A stretch of 64,000 bases of DNA, from the NCBI GenBank assembly GCA_977862235.1, contig OZ374559.1, forward strand, positions 992,001 to 1,056,000, in the 5' to 3' direction. The stretch comes from Dudresnaya verticillata (Eukaryota). Within the stretch, counting starts at the first letter, position 1, and every line of letters starts with the position of its first letter. The position numbers were made by a program, and so were the translations under genes. Shown piece after piece: positions 25,125 to 38,789 of the stretch. The notes under the pieces were generated by a model. That model was not told the DNA's origin. It worked only from the letters and a program-made list of their open reading frames with translations, and did no database searches.

Positions 25125-28100
25125 TTGACTCAAGTAATTTCATTCCTGGACACGGACGGAGGCCCCAATCTCATCAGAGCTGCCGTGTTCTCTTTGGACG
25201 ACCGGAAGAAGGTTTTCTCGACACAATCGATCGTCCACCTCACCTCGGCATCAAGCCACCGCTTACCAACATTAGGGGTGATCTCCCTCGTCTTCAGGAT
25301 CGGAATCTACACGGTCCGTCAACTCTTCGTCGTGGTTTCGGCGCTAGCCGTCGATATGATTCTACGATGCACCTATATCGATAGCAATGTCGAACAACTT
25401 CGAGTGCGCAAGCAACACGTAGTCTTACGGGACGGTTCGGTACATCCCGTTCTACGACGGCGATGCGGAATCCCGAGAGCCCCAAGCTCTGGCGAAACCA
25501 TGGAGGTCCCTCGAGTCACTCCCTCGCGCCTCGTACGAGTTGCTCAAACAACTAACTTACAGCCCGGTTCTAAAACCTGGGTCGCGGTATCCTGCACTGC
25601 AAAAGGCACACACTTCTTGTATTCCCTCCAACGTCTTTACGGCCGTCAGCAAGTGGTCGTCACGAATGTAATCATCAAGATACAAGAGAATGTTCTCTTC
25701 CGTGTTAAGATTGCTAACTTTTCTCACCGATTGCAACGGTTAACCAAGAACCAAGTCATTGGTCGCGCCGTTCCCGCTCCCACGGCCACGCCGGCTTATA
25801 CGCTTTCCATCGCCGATGTCCTCGACAATACGGACCCGAAGCCGCAGTATTTGAGTCCTCCTGCCGATACATCGTTCGATGTAGCGGGGGCAGGGCTAGC
25901 AGCTGCTCTTGGCGCGGCCACCTCCCAATTAGGCGTCAAAACCGCCACTGAGAAGCTCACAGTCGACGTTTTGGAATTAGAACACCTATCCTCGTCTGAA
26001 AGACGCCGCGTTCGCAAAATGTTGCGCCCTTTCGCCGACATGTGGAACGGGAAATTAGGGACCATCAAGGTCACTGAGCATCGCATTGAGCTCACAGAAG
26101 GTTCCAAACCTGTATTCGCACAACCTTATCGTTCAGGGCCGAAAGTGCGACAAGCGGAGCAGGACGAGGTCGATAAGATGCTCAAGGAAGGAGTCATAGA
26201 GCCAGCACGCTCTGAATTCGCAAGTCCAGTGGTACTGGTTAAGAAGCCTGACGCATCCCCCGGTTCTGTGTCGACTATAGGAAACTGAACGCGGTTACAA
26301 TAAGGGATTCTTATCCTCTACCGCGTATGGATGATTTCTTGGACTCGTTGGGCGACGCCCAGTATTTTACCACCCTCGAATGCAATTCGGGCTACTGGCA
26401 AATGCCAGTTGAGGCTGAAGATAAGCCCAAGACAGCGTTCAACTGTCATTCTGGTTGCTTTCAGTTCTACTGAATGCCATTCGGATTGTTCAACGCACCT
26501 GCGACGTTTCAACGAACGGTTGACATTATATTGTCGGGATACAGATGGAAATTCTGTCTCGTCTATTTGGACGACATCATAGTCTTTTCCAAGAGTGCCG
26601 ACGAACACATAGGCCACGTTCAAGAGATACTCTCTGTATTGAAGCAAGCAGGCGTATCGCTCAAGCTCAAGAAATATAATTTCTTTACAAAGAGTGTGGA
26701 CTACCTCGGACATGTGATCCGACCAGGGCTGCTAGAGTTGGCTACCAAAAACACCCAAGCTATCGAAGGTTTCAAGGAGCCTACGACTCAGACACAACTA
26801 AGGTCGTTTATTGGATTGTGTAACGTCTACAGACGCTTCGTACCGAATTTCGCTAGGGTCACGTCTCCTCTTAATAGGCTTCTACAGAAGGATGTTGGGT
26901 TCAACTTACGCCCGTTTGATGAACAGCAACTCGAAGCCTTCGCCCTGTTGAAAAAAGCACTCATAGAGCCACCGATCCTCCGGCTCCCTAAGGAAGATAG
27001 ACATATCTCGGTAGATACCGACGCGTGTGATTATCAGATAGGGTGTGCCCTTATGCAAATGGAGCCAGATGGCACACGCCACCCGATCGGTTTCTGGAGC
27101 CGAGGCCTTACCCAGGTTGAACAGAATTATTCCGTTGGAGAAAAGGAGTGTCTCGCTGTAGTCTGGGCCACACAAATGCTCAGACCATATTTGGAAGGGT
27201 CGCATTTTGACCTCTATACAGACCACAAAGCGTTCAAGTGGATGATGAGTATGACTGACGCATCACGTGGTCTATCGCGCTGGCGCTTGCGACTCTTATA
27301 GTACGACTTCACGCTTCAATGTCGTAAGGGAAACAAGAACCAGATAGTGGATGCCGTCTCGCGACTGCCCGTTTATGGATTCACCAGTTGGGAACCGGAT
27401 CTAGAAATCCCTTGCTTCATTATCGCCGACAGCGAGCGCGAGGGCTTTCCCAATCGTCCTTCCGAAGGAAAAGCGAGAGCCGACACCGGGCCGCGACCTT
27501 TGGAGGTTTGGGAAATCGAACCCGAGGACCAATTAGCCGAGTTTGAATTCGAGGATGAGCAGTTGATAGCCACTGTGGCTGAAAAGGAAGTGGATGAGAA
27601 GAGTCTATCTCTGATTACGGTGGAAGAAATACTTCGCACGCACTTGACAGATCCATTCTGCAAGGGTATTAAGCTTGCCATCGAAGCTGGAAAGCCAGGC
27701 TGTTACCTCGAAGACGAAAGGGGACTTTCAGTCCGACGGTCTTACATCGACAAAACCTTACAGGTAGTGATACCTCGGGTCCTTCAAGAACGTGTTCGAC
27801 ATCTGGCGCACTATCTCGAGATTGCAGGCCATCCCGGTGGCACCAGAATGTATCATAACTTGCGCCGACAGGTCTACTGGCCTGGCATGGCTCTCGCAGT
27901 ATAAGCGACCGTTCGAAATTGTGTCAAATGTGCTGGAGAACGAGTACAATTACGACAAAATGCTTCGAATATGAAGCTGTTCCCGGCTACGATGCCGTTA
28001 GAGTTCGTGGGGATTGACATCCTAGGACCGCTACCCCGATCGAGCAAAGGTAACGAGTACGTTCTCGTAATAACCGATCGCTTCTCAAATCTCACCAGGA

Positions 28101-29428
28101 CTGTCCCATTTAAAACGGTAACGGCTTATACCGTGGCAAGAGCGTTCTACGAACATTGGGTATACACTTACAGACCTCCCCGCTATGTTTTGTCGGACAA
28201 CGGTCCGCAGTTCGCATCGAAGTTTTTCATAGCCGTCTGTGGCATACTTCGGATCAGGAATCGGTTCACGTCTACTTACCATCCACAGACGAAGGGACAG
28301 ACCGAGAGGTTTAATAGAACCTTGTTGGCTGGGCTGAGACACTTCATCTCCGATGACCAGAAGGATTGGGATGAATTCACGTCGGCTTTGACGTACGCGT
28401 ATAACACGACCGTTCACCGCGTGACGGATCTCGCACCCGTTGATTTGGATTTATCTAACCCTCCAACGTCCATTATAATGGAAAAGCCGAGACAGTAGAC
28501 GTTAAAAACGTCCCAGCAACTAACGTGAAGAAACGGCTGACTACCCGGCTCGACAAGCTGATGGATACAGCCTTACCACGCCTGCGGATGGCCCAACGAT
28601 GATATGGAAGTTAACTTCAACAATCGTATGCGTCTGAATAACCAGAATGTACACCCCGGCCAATGGGTATTTCTCGAGAGAGAAACGAAGATGAAAGACG
28701 CCAAAGGCCTGGATCGAGAAGGGAAATTGTTTCCAAAAGCCCTAGGCCCCTTGAAGGTGCTCGAACGGGGAACATACACCGTCGTGATACAAAAAGCTGG
28801 CAAAAAAGGGTTGGTCTTTCTGGATCGTGTAACACTGGCCCCATCACCAAACGATAAGCTCGGCGCTCTTGGGCAAGAGCCCCCTATCGTGGAATTTGGG
28901 CCTGACGACGCGGAACCAGCAGATCCACCCTCGAGGGCAACGCCCCCAACTACCAACTACGTTGAAAGAGAGCCGGCTCAACCCGACGGTGAGTTTTCAG
29001 AAACGATTATCGAGGCCGCAGATGCGCCGACTGTCTCGCCTCTACGGCGAGACACCGATAATATCGATAATGACGCCGGCCCGGTTTCCATAACCGCAAC
29101 CGCTCGTGAGGTTCTCATACCTCCTGGAGCAGGCGATCGCGCGTCAATGGTATCCAAGGGCAATAGCCCTCCTCTGCCTGTTGACGAGCCAGCTGCTACA
29201 GAAGTAGACGAGACGACTCCCCGCCTTAAGTTTTCACGCTTCAAGAAAGCTCCCCCTCGGGAGTATGTTTATAACAGGTTAGTCGGCTACGACGCAGAGT
29301 CGGAACTGTACAAGGTACACTGGTACCAATGCCCTGCCTCGCAGGATACGTGGGAACCACGACAGCATCTCCCGGATAACTTAGTCGAGCGGTATCACCG
29401 TAAGAAGGGAATCCCCCTTGCCGCCTAA
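25125..29428 (+). pseudogene. pol: Element 3 pol (PR-RT-RH-IN-chromodomain), many stops and frameshifts
   Basis: FLDTDGG, YLDDIIVF, DTDACD, GHPG, IDILGP..SDNGPQF..ERFNR, chromodomain EYVYNRLV..HW..DTWEP. Confidence 0.93.
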
Positions 29429-29614
29429 CTACTGGTATACCAGTCTGTATATCAGCCTGTTGGTCATGTGGAAACCCATTTTCATATGAGAACCTCACCT
29501 AAGTATCAGTGGCCAATGCCAGAAGCGTATGTTTCTCCCCCTCACTCTGGATAAAAGGGACGAGCGGGACTGTAATACAAGACTGATTCCTTAGAGGAAG
29601 AAGCGCCAATGCGA

Positions 29615-29843
29615 GGTATAATATGGAAGGTTCAAGCCTTTTTGGACTGCATGTGTAGCACAGAATGGAATGGATGTATAATATGGAAGGTTCAAGACCA
29701 GTGGATAGATGAAATAGAAGGTTCAAGACCTGTGGATACATGAAATAGGAGGTTCAAGACCCCTGGATAGATGAAATGGATAGATGAAATAGAAGGTTCA
29801 AGACCCCTGGATAGATGATATGGAAGGCTCAAGACCTTGGATA
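29615..29843 (+). repeat. Minisatellite, ~31-bp unit, about 6 imperfect copies
   Basis: Consensus approximately GGATAGATGAAATAGAAGGTTCAAGACCCCT. Confidence 0.9.
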
Positions 29844-30471
29844 TGCTGTAGGAAATGTTGGAAATCATAGGACACCAGCTCTGGGACGTTGTCACAACGC
29901 GGAATAAGCGACCTCAGGCTGCGAGCCTCCGATGGGGTGGCGAAGGTGCCCTATTAACGTCGATCGCGGGAAGCTCACTATGGGCGCTGTATCATACACG
30001 ATAATAATCGTCTCTAACAGATGTCCTCGCACCAGAGCACGAATCGTCCGTACAAACTCATGGCTCATAAGCCATGACTCTTTTGGAGGTCCCATGACCT
30101 ATGAATCAACCCCCCAGCACCCGGCGCCGCTAGTTCCCGCGATAAAATGGAAGGAAGGAGCATAGGGTCAGGAAGAAGGGAGGTCGACTACCCCTCTCCA
30201 TAGAAAGAGGGGTCTCACCCCGAATAAGCCCCGCTTGACCAGCAAGGCAGGCGTTGGTGCCAAATAGAGTTCAACTCTACAGTATAAACACTCCTTACTG
30301 TAGAGTGACTCCTCCTGAAATGGCCGCCCCTCATTGGTTATTCCCCAGAAAGGAGGCGGATTGCACGACGAATTAAAATTCGTGGAAGAAATATCCGCGG
30401 CACGGAGCCCCCACAGTGGCACCAGACTACAGTGGCTCCTCCAAGGAGTACGACGCGCACTTGCGTCATGG

Positions 30472-31365
30472 TGTAGTGCCAGGGGGGGTCCCCCGTTTTC
30501 GCTTTCAAGCGTTGATATGCAGCGTCTACCGACGGACGACCGCCAACGGCGCGCTCAACCCGCCCGCGGCGCAAACACGTCACCGACGCATGCCGCTGGC
30601 CACTTGGGCCAAAACGGCTCGCTGGGCGTGCAGACCGCACGCCTGAACCCGGCCACTGTACGGCGCCACGCGTACGCGCATGGCGCAGTGGCGAGAACGT
30701 TCGCTGTAAGCGTGGCCCGAATCCGGATCCAATCGGGATCCCACATCGGGATTAGGGGTGTAAGGCACGCGCCTGTAAGCCTGGCGCATCCGCATCGCTG
30801 GCCCGAATCCGGACTGGATCGGGATTGGTGCGGATCGAGATCGCTCGCGCCATGGGGCGCATGCGGCTATAAGGAAGTAATCCACGTGTAAGTGTAAGGA
30901 CTCGTCGGGGAAGCTACGCGTGATCTGTCAGGAGCGCGGCTGCATGACGGACGGATCTGTCAGACGCGCCTCGGGACAACACGTGTCCCGAGTTCCCGCG
31001 TTACGCGTACATCCGCGTCGCCGCCGCTAGGTAATCCTGTACTTAGTTGATCCGTCTCAGACGTCACAGTAAACCCCGGCAAGCCGGCCTTGTTCCAGAC
31101 TTCCCCGTTCAGCACGCGCGTACCCTACCGCTGCCTACGGCTAAGCGTCTACCTCCCGTGCTTCCACGTCTCTACCCGTCCTCGACGTGTTTCCTTTTTG
31201 TTTCTTCTGTTCTTCCTTTCCGCCTCGGGCGTTTACAGTCCGCCCAAGGAGAGTCAACTGCTCTACCACAAGTCGTCCAAGGCGGGGCTACTCACCGCCA
31301 AGGGCATCGCTACCCACCGAGCCCCGAACTGCTCGGCGGTGTCCGTCAACGACGTTTGCACTACA
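30472..31365 (+). repeat. Element 4 5' LTR
   Basis: About 9 differences by eye from 42753-43646. Confidence 0.97.
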
Positions 31366-31367
31366 AC

Positions 31368-31384
31368 TGGTCTCCCGACCTAGA
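31368..31384 (+). promoter_or_regulatory. Primer-binding site, element 4
   Basis: TGGTCTCCCGACCTAGA, 2 nt after the LTR. Confidence 0.8.
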
Positions 31385-31492
31385 TATGTGCTACGTTTCA
31401 ACGAGTTACTCCGTCGCGCGACGTCCGACCTTCCGTCTCTAGACGTCCGTCGCTAATCGTCCACGACGTTCAAGCAACTCTACGACTGCATT

Positions 31493-34051
31493 ATGGCCTC
31501 ACGACCGCCGCCGTCGCGAGTCCCCAGTTCAAGAAGACCGTCATCGACGCCGGGGAGTGTCCCCGCGTCGGAACGGTCGCTACAACGGATGACAACGAGG
31601 TCTGGGCGCCTCATGAGCCCCGAGATCGCATCGGCCTTCCCGACCGGCCCGGGACACGACCACTCCCATATATCGCTCAACAGGGGAGAAGTACCTCCCC
31701 CGCCGATACCCGTCGTCATCCGCACTACCGTTCCCAACGAATCGGCCCTCCGAACCTACCACTCGCACGTGGATTCCGCTGACACGGTACAAGCCGAACA
31801 GCGACCCGTCGAGGACGGAGCCCAAGCCGACATCGTCGAGGAACAACCGGAAGTTCCGGTCCACCAACCAACCTTACCCGTTGACGACGACCAAGAACGC
31901 CCTGTGGGGCGCGACGTCGTAGACGAATCACCAATCCCAAGGGGCTGCTGCCCCTCACCCCACGGCAGTGCCGGATGTTCACCGGCCAGGCCGTTAGCGC
32001 AACCGCGCAGCACGGGAGGTCCGCCGCAGGCGCCGACCCCCGCGCGCACACCGCCAGTGGCGTCCCCAGCATCCGCCCGCGTTGGGAATCTCACGATACC
32101 TCGCGAGCGGATTCGGGAAGTATGCGTCGCCGAAGACGGTAACTTACTCGCTCGATTCGCGGAGATGCTCGAGGACAATGTCGGAGGTATCTTCAGCCGT
32201 CTACAGACCTTGGAAGAAGATCGGGACGGTGCCCTTCAAGGACTCCGTTCCGACCTCGACCGTCTGATGACGAACCCCAACCAAGGGGTAGATGCTCAGC
32301 CGCCAACGGCATTGACTGTCAATTCCCAGTCGGAACTGAATTCACGCGAACGTTTTCAACGATTAGCGACCCGCTTAGAGCGACTGGAAACCGCCAAATG
32401 GCGCCAAGGGCCGCCGTCCGATGACGATAGTTCCGAAGAAGACCGTCGACGACGCAAAGATCGCAAGAGACGGGGCAAGAATCGCCGCAAGTCGCGTCAT
32501 GGACGGAAGAAGAACCGTCGCCGACGAGGGGACTCATCCTCATCCTCTTCAGACACGTCTAGTGACGGCGGGTCAACGGACTTTTCGTCGTCAGACGATG
32601 ACGACCACGTGGCTCACGGCAGTGCAATGCGATCCCGCGGAAAGCGATACAAGGGACTGAAGGAGCTAAGCCCCTCCAATCCTCTCTTCGACCAGTTGCT
32701 ATCGTACCGCACATACCGTCTCCAAGACGTGGGACAGAAGCGCTCGGGACGCGAAACCAGGAAGGTCAAGGACCATATCAAGCGACTCGAGTTAACGATG
32801 AAGGACGCCGCCTTCAACGGCAGCGACCCCGTCATGGTCCTCGAATTCTTAACGAGGTTCGCGGATGAAGCGGACACGCTAGAGATGAGCGAAGCACAAG
32901 CGTTCGTCGCGCTGCCGTACTTCTTAAGGGGCACGGCAGCCACGCAATTCCGCTCCGTCAAATCGACGTCCTCCCGCCACCGCGGCGGTGTATCATCGTA
33001 CCCGGAGGCGGTGCACTACCTACTCCGCACGTACGCCACGCCTTCGGCGATTCGAGACGCTGTCCTCGCCCTGCGGTCGACTAGTCAGAAGCAGGGCGAA
33101 GACGAGACGACTTACGGCATGATACTCGCCGGCGCATGTATTCGTTGCGGTAACGTTTATCCCGAATGGGAAAAGATGACACTGTATATCTATGGGTTAG
33201 ACCCGACGATCAGGTCCTTAGTGGCCCGCTTCCGCGAAGAAACGCCGAGGGCGGAGCTATCTTTTGAACGTTTAGTCCACTTCGAGCAGGACAAAGGTGA
33301 CGCGCAACGCGCAAGAAACGGCAGGACCGGCTCGACGTCAGTAAGACGGGATATATTGGCCCCGGCCCAAGCCGCTCGCGCATTGCGCTCCGCCGTTGGC
33401 GACAACCGAACGGTTCTACGTCAACAGACGAGGGGCACGAAGCCTGCCGCACGCGCTATGATAGCGGAGTCCTCCGTTGAGTTCCATGATGTCACCCGTC
33501 ATGCGGACGATATGGAAACGCACGCCGATGGCGATCTCTATTTGGCCGATGAACAAGCATCAGTGCCAACGTCAGCGTTACCAGCGGACAGCTACGTCGA
33601 AGACGAGGACACAGAGGAAATGGATCCTACACTCGCCTTTGGGCGTTCCGTTGTGCCCGCGCCGCGCGTCCCGTACTCGGAGTATGCCCCCCACGTCCAT
33701 CGGGTGAGGCCAGGTTGGCAAGACAGGGGTCCGCTCCGTCAAGACGCTCGCAGAAAGTTGATCTGTCATCAGTGTTATGCCCGTGGCCACATCGCACCGG
33801 ACTGCTTCCTCCGCATGAGCGAGTATATGAAAGCGATCGCCAACTACGAAGGCTTAACAGACGCCGAGAAGGCGGGAGTCCCCGCCGATGCGTACAATCG
33901 GTACAAGGAACGCGCTGCGCGCGAAGCAGCACGCCGTGCAGCACGACCACCATCGCCACGAGGCGGACCTATGCCGCATACAGCGGAACGTCATCCGACG
34001 GTGGTCAATCGCTACACAGCGCCGCTCCAACCGCCGCAGGCGAAAAACTAA
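31493..34051 (+). CDS. gag: Element 4 Gag (852 aa)
   Basis: Open ORF; FNGSDPVMVLEFL capsid-like region homologous to element 1; CCHC knuckle CHQCYARGHIAPDC; basic and serine-rich tract. Confidence 0.9.
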   Translation: MASRPPPSRVPSSRRPSSTPGSVPASERSLQRMTTRSGRLMSPEIASAFPTGPGHDHSHISLNRGEVPPPPIPVVIRTTVPNESALRTYHSHVDSADTVQAEQRPVEDGAQADIVEEQPEVPVHQPTLPVDDDQERPVGRDVVDESPIPRGCCPSPHGSAGCSPARPLAQPRSTGGPPQAPTPARTPPVASPASARVGNLTIPRERIREVCVAEDGNLLARFAEMLEDNVGGIFSRLQTLEEDRDGALQGLRSDLDRLMTNPNQGVDAQPPTALTVNSQSELNSRERFQRLATRLERLETAKWRQGPPSDDDSSEEDRRRRKDRKRRGKNRRKSRHGRKKNRRRRGDSSSSSSDTSSDGGSTDFSSSDDDDHVAHGSAMRSRGKRYKGLKELSPSNPLFDQLLSYRTYRLQDVGQKRSGRETRKVKDHIKRLELTMKDAAFNGSDPVMVLEFLTRFADEADTLEMSEAQAFVALPYFLRGTAATQFRSVKSTSSRHRGGVSSYPEAVHYLLRTYATPSAIRDAVLALRSTSQKQGEDETTYGMILAGACIRCGNVYPEWEKMTLYIYGLDPTIRSLVARFREETPRAELSFERLVHFEQDKGDAQRARNGRTGSTSVRRDILAPAQAARALRSAVGDNRTVLRQQTRGTKPAARAMIAESSVEFHDVTRHADDMETHADGDLYLADEQASVPTSALPADSYVEDEDTEEMDPTLAFGRSVVPAPRVPYSEYAPHVHRVRPGWQDRGPLRQDARRKLICHQCYARGHIAPDCFLRMSEYMKAIANYEGLTDAEKAGVPADAYNRYKERAAREAARRAARPPSPRGGPMPHTAERHPTVVNRYTAPLQPPQAKN

Positions 34052-37000
34052 TAAGGCTACCAACTCCTGACACTGGGGTGTCGCACCAAGCAGAGAGGCT
34101 TCCGCCTCGGGTGCTGACACGGAAGGAGGGCCCGAAGTTAGTTAACAAATACGCCGATGGGCGGGTAGACTCGTCACAGACGTCCTTGAAGCGCCCCTGG
34201 CGTAGGTACCAGCCCCCACAAGCCCGGGGACAGTTGTTCGTAATGGCCAAAAGGAACTACAAAGTATACGCCGATCTAGGCGTAACTGTAGGTACCTTGG
34301 CACGTAAACTCACTGTCTTCGACACGGGGGCTGGTCCGAATTTCATCCGCATTGACGATATTCCGCTAGAAGCGCGATTACGGATCGTATCCAAGAGTCT
34401 CCCCGTCATATCAGACGCTAACAACAAGGCGATTCAGACCCGGAACACTATAGACTTAGTCGTACGTCTCGGACGAAGGGTTGTCAAGTTGGAGTTGATC
34501 GTCTGTGAACGGCTCGCTGCGCCGGTTGTACGCGGTTGCGACTTTTGCGACCGCTTTGTCGAAGCGATGTATCCGCGGAGTCGCGAGATTGAGCTGGACG
34601 ACGGGGCCCGTGTCCCTATAACGCACCGCCCGCTGCGCCGGCCCCCTTAGTACCCCCCTTTGCCAACGGAACAGGAGTACGGCACGGCCGAAGGGAGAAC
34701 GTCGCCCAAGATACGCGTTGCGGAACGAACGATCATCCCGCCACAGGCGCAAAAGTGGATCTCGGTAACGACCAAGCGAGCAGGGGTCATTACCACCCGA
34801 CCGTTTGGAACGTTATATGATCGGCAAGCTTTGGCCGTTACTAACGGAGTCGCTCAAGTAGAGCCGCTGAGAGTGTTCCGGATTCTCGTCGCAAACGTCT
34901 CCCCGCGCCCGCAAGCGCTCGTCAAAGGACAAGTCGTCGCTACCGCGTTACCACATCCCACAGCAGTGTTCCCCAGTCACATAAGTCTGGCCGATGTCCT
35001 AGGTATCACCGAGGAGCAGGCAGCGGAGGAGGAAGCGAATCAAGATTTCCGTTTTCAAACGAACGATGGGGTAACGGCGCAGCCGGATACATTCGCGAAG
35101 TCGATCGAAGCAACTGTAGCTAAACCTCCGTCAGTGAACGAGTTGGACCTGAGTCATCTCTCAGCTGAACACCAAGGACGGCTGAAGGAGATCTGCGCAG
35201 GTACTCGTCGATGTGGGACGGTTCATTAGGAGAAATCGAAACCACGGAGCACTATATTGACTTGCTCCCCGGCTCCAGGCCGATTTCATCCCCGCCTTAC
35301 CGCGCTGGCCCAAAGCAAAGGCAACTCGATCAAGCGGAGGTGGATCGCATGTTGCGTCAGGGGGTTATCGAACCCGCACAATCGCCATGGGCGTCGCCGG
35401 TCGTCTTGGCTCCCAAGAAGGACGGTACACTCCGCTTCTGCGTTGACTACCGTCGCTTGAACGCGGTAACGGTACGAGATACGTACCCTCTCCCGCGAAT
35501 CGACGAATGTATTGACAGCCTAGGGGAAGCGAACGTCTTCACCACCCTAGACTGCAATAGTGGTTACTGGCGGGTGCCCATCAATCCGCGAGATCGCGAC
35601 AAGACGGCGTTCACGTGCCATGCCGGGTTGTTCCGCTACAAGCATATGCCCTTCGGACTTACTAACGCACCTGCCACGTTTCAACGGACCCTAGATATCC
35701 TGCTTGCTGGTTACAAGTGGCGCTCATGCCTCGTCTACCTTGACTATGTGATCATCTTCTCGAACGATATCGACAGTCACTTCCGTCATGTTGAAGAGAT
35801 CCTTTCGAATTTGCATCGGGCCGGGGTGACATTGAAGTTGACCAAGTGCGACTTCTTCACCCCGACCGTCAACTATTTAGGCCATGTGATACGTCCGGGA
35901 CGATTGGAAGTAGACCGTATGGTCACAGCCGCGTTACGCGAAGCCAAGCATCCGCGGGACCAGAAGGAATTACGGAGCTTTCTCGGATTGTGCAACGTCT
36001 ATAGACCATTTGTATCGCGATACGCGCACGTCGCCGCTCCCCTCAACAAATTGTTGAGGAAAGAACAAGACTTGCGGTTACAACCGTTCACCGAGGAGCA
36101 AGCCCGGGCATTTAGCACGCTTGTCGAAGCGGTGACTCACCCGCCCATCCTGGAGTTGCCACAGCAAGGACTACCGTACTCCGTCGATTGTGACGCGAGC
36201 GAATACCAAGTTGCCTGCGCACTCTTCCAAACGCAGCCTGACGGCGAACGGAAGCCGCTTGGCTTCTGGTCACGCTCGTTAACCGCTCCGGAGCGCAACT
36301 ACTCGGTATCCGAAAAGGAATGCCTAGCAGTAGTCTGGTCGATCACGACGTTGAGACCGTACCTTCAGATGGAGTCCTTAGTAGTCCATACGGACCATTC
36401 GTCGCTGAGGTAGCTCATGGAAATCAGCGACCCCTCGGGACGGTTAATGAGATGGCGCCTTCGCCTCTCTGAATTCGACTTCGTCGTGAAGTATAAAAAG
36501 GGATACCTGAATACTCAGGCAGATGCCCTCTCACGTCTAAAGACGAACGGCGAAACGGTCGAACCGATCGACGATGATATCCCGTATTACCACGGAAGTT
36601 GCGTCAAAGATGAGGATTACTCGTCGGAAGACGGCTACGCTCACGCGGAAAGCGATGCGTCAAACGCCAAGGGCGAAGTCGATTTCTCCGAACGAGACTT
36701 CGAGGAGTTTGACCAGATGTTGGTTACAAACGCACCACCGGCGGATGAAGTTCTCCTCCGTCAATTGACGCATGAAGAGTTGGTGCATGCTCAGGGCAGT
36801 GACCAGTACTGTTCCGAGATCCGGAAACGTCTAGATGACGGGGACAACCTACCGTTTGCAACGGACGAACAAGGACTATTGGTTCGGACCGTCGAGGCCC
36901 GACCCCAAGTCGTTGTACCATCCGCGTTACGCGTTCGATTGCTCCATCTCCGACATCATGCTAAATTAGCAGGACATTCCGGAGGACGGAAGCTATACCA

Positions 37001-38789
37001 TACGCTTAGACGTGAGTATTATTGGCCGTCTATGTCTGTGGATTGTTACGCGACCGTCCGCAACTGCGTTACTTGCGCGAAGAACCGGGTAATGATGCGA
37101 AAGAACGTGAGGGAGATGAAACTGTTCCCAGCAACCGAGCCTCTCGAGTTTGTGTCCATCGATATACTCGGGGAGCTCATACGCACTAAGTGGGGGAATA
37201 AGTTTCTACTCGTCATCGTGGACCGCTTCTCGAAGCTGGTCCGGACGGTTCCCTTACGTAAGATTACGGCATTGGAAATCGCTCAGGCGTTTGTTCGACA
37301 CTGGGTGTTGGTGTATGGCCCACCCAAGAAGCTGCTGTCCGGCAATGGGCCGCAATTTGTAGCCAAGTTGTTCCAGGACGTCTGCCGCATCTTAGGGGTG
37401 GAGAATCTCTTCACTACTACGTACCATCCGCAGTGTAACGGCCAAATGGAACGATTCAATCGAACCATCCTCGCCTCCCTGCGTCACTACGTAGCAGACC
37501 ACCCCAGGGACTGGGATTTGTTCACCGATGCTCTGACGTTCGCGTACAGTACGCAACTGCACTCGTCCACCAACCTCGCTCCATTCGAGCTGGTGCTATC
37601 TAAGTCCCCGCGGCCATTGTCGCTGGAAGCGGAGCCGTCGCTCGAAATCGTGCCCACTGCCGGACAGTACTACACCAAATGGCGAACCTGGCTGTCCGCA
37701 TTGATGGGAACCGCTAAAGCGTCGCTCGCGAAAACTCAGGCGCGTTACAAACGGAACTTCGATACTCGTCTGAGGAAATCGAAGAAGAAAATCGCTGTGG
37801 GCGACTTTGCATTCGTGCGGAAGGAATATTTCACCCGCGGCGGGAGCACCGATCGCTCAGAGCGCAAGCACAAGCTCGCGCCTGTGGCGGATGGACCGTA
37901 TCGAGTCACTCACGTCGACGACGGGACAATCACTGTCGTCAAGGGACGCGGAGAACGCGAATGTTTATCCCGGGACCGCGTGGTATGGGCGCCAAGCCCA
38001 CCAGGGCACACCGCCCCCGCAACCGTGCAACCACCGGGACCACCTCACGTACCGGGGCCCACTGCCCCCACATCAACTGACGAAGGAGCAGGAACCCCAG
38101 ACACGCCACAGGCGGACCCGGCAGGAGGCACAGGGACACCGCGAAGCACGGAAGACTCGTAGGAGCGACTGAATGCAACGCCGCGAAGTCGCGGGTTAGC
38201 AGAGCTCTCGCCCTTCGCCGCTAACCCCGACGACGGTGTATCGCAATCCGTCTCCGACGAGGAGGAGGGTCCAGGCATCCGTACACGAATGGGACGCGCA
38301 ACCTCGGCTTCGCCGGCTACCAAGGTAGGTCCCGCTTCGAGCGCATCGACTGACGATGAGGAAGACCGCGCTAACGCGAAGGACGCCGCTAGAAGCGAGG
38401 AACCAGCACGCAAAAGCGACGAACCACAACACGCTACGCAAGCGCTCGGGGCACCGACACAGCGCCTTAGGCGATCGACTCGTCGAGTACGGTTTGCAGA
38501 ACCGGTGCAGACGCCCATCACGCAACAAAGTGAACCGCCCCAGGCGTTAGAACGGCAGGAGCCCACGTCGACCGCTACAAGCGCGACGGAGTACATTATC
38601 GAACGGGTTGAGTCGCACGCACACGCAGAAGACGGCGAGATCCTCTACCGCGTCAAGTGGTTTGGATACCCCGCTTCAGCGAATACCTGGGAACCAGTGT
38701 CCAGCCTACCGCGATCGCACGTTGTGCGGTATCACCGTCAGAAGCACGCGCGCCTGCCGCCAAACATCGACGACGCGCAACGCGGGTAA
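34042..38789 (+). pseudogene. pol: Element 4 pol (PR-RT-RH-IN-chromodomain)
   Basis: FDTGAG protease; RT with YLDY instead of YLDD; integrase SGNG instead of SDNG; GPY; chromodomain. TAG stops at 34648, 36411 and 38160; frameshift near 35190. Confidence 0.95.

Noticed and set aside
29615..29843. CRISPR-like array
   Set aside because: Units are head-to-tail without unique spacers, there are no cas genes, and it lies inside a retrotransposon.
30334..31456. ORFs inside the element 4 LTR (repeated at 42723-43743)
   Set aside because: Repeated only because the LTR is; no recognisable protein features.
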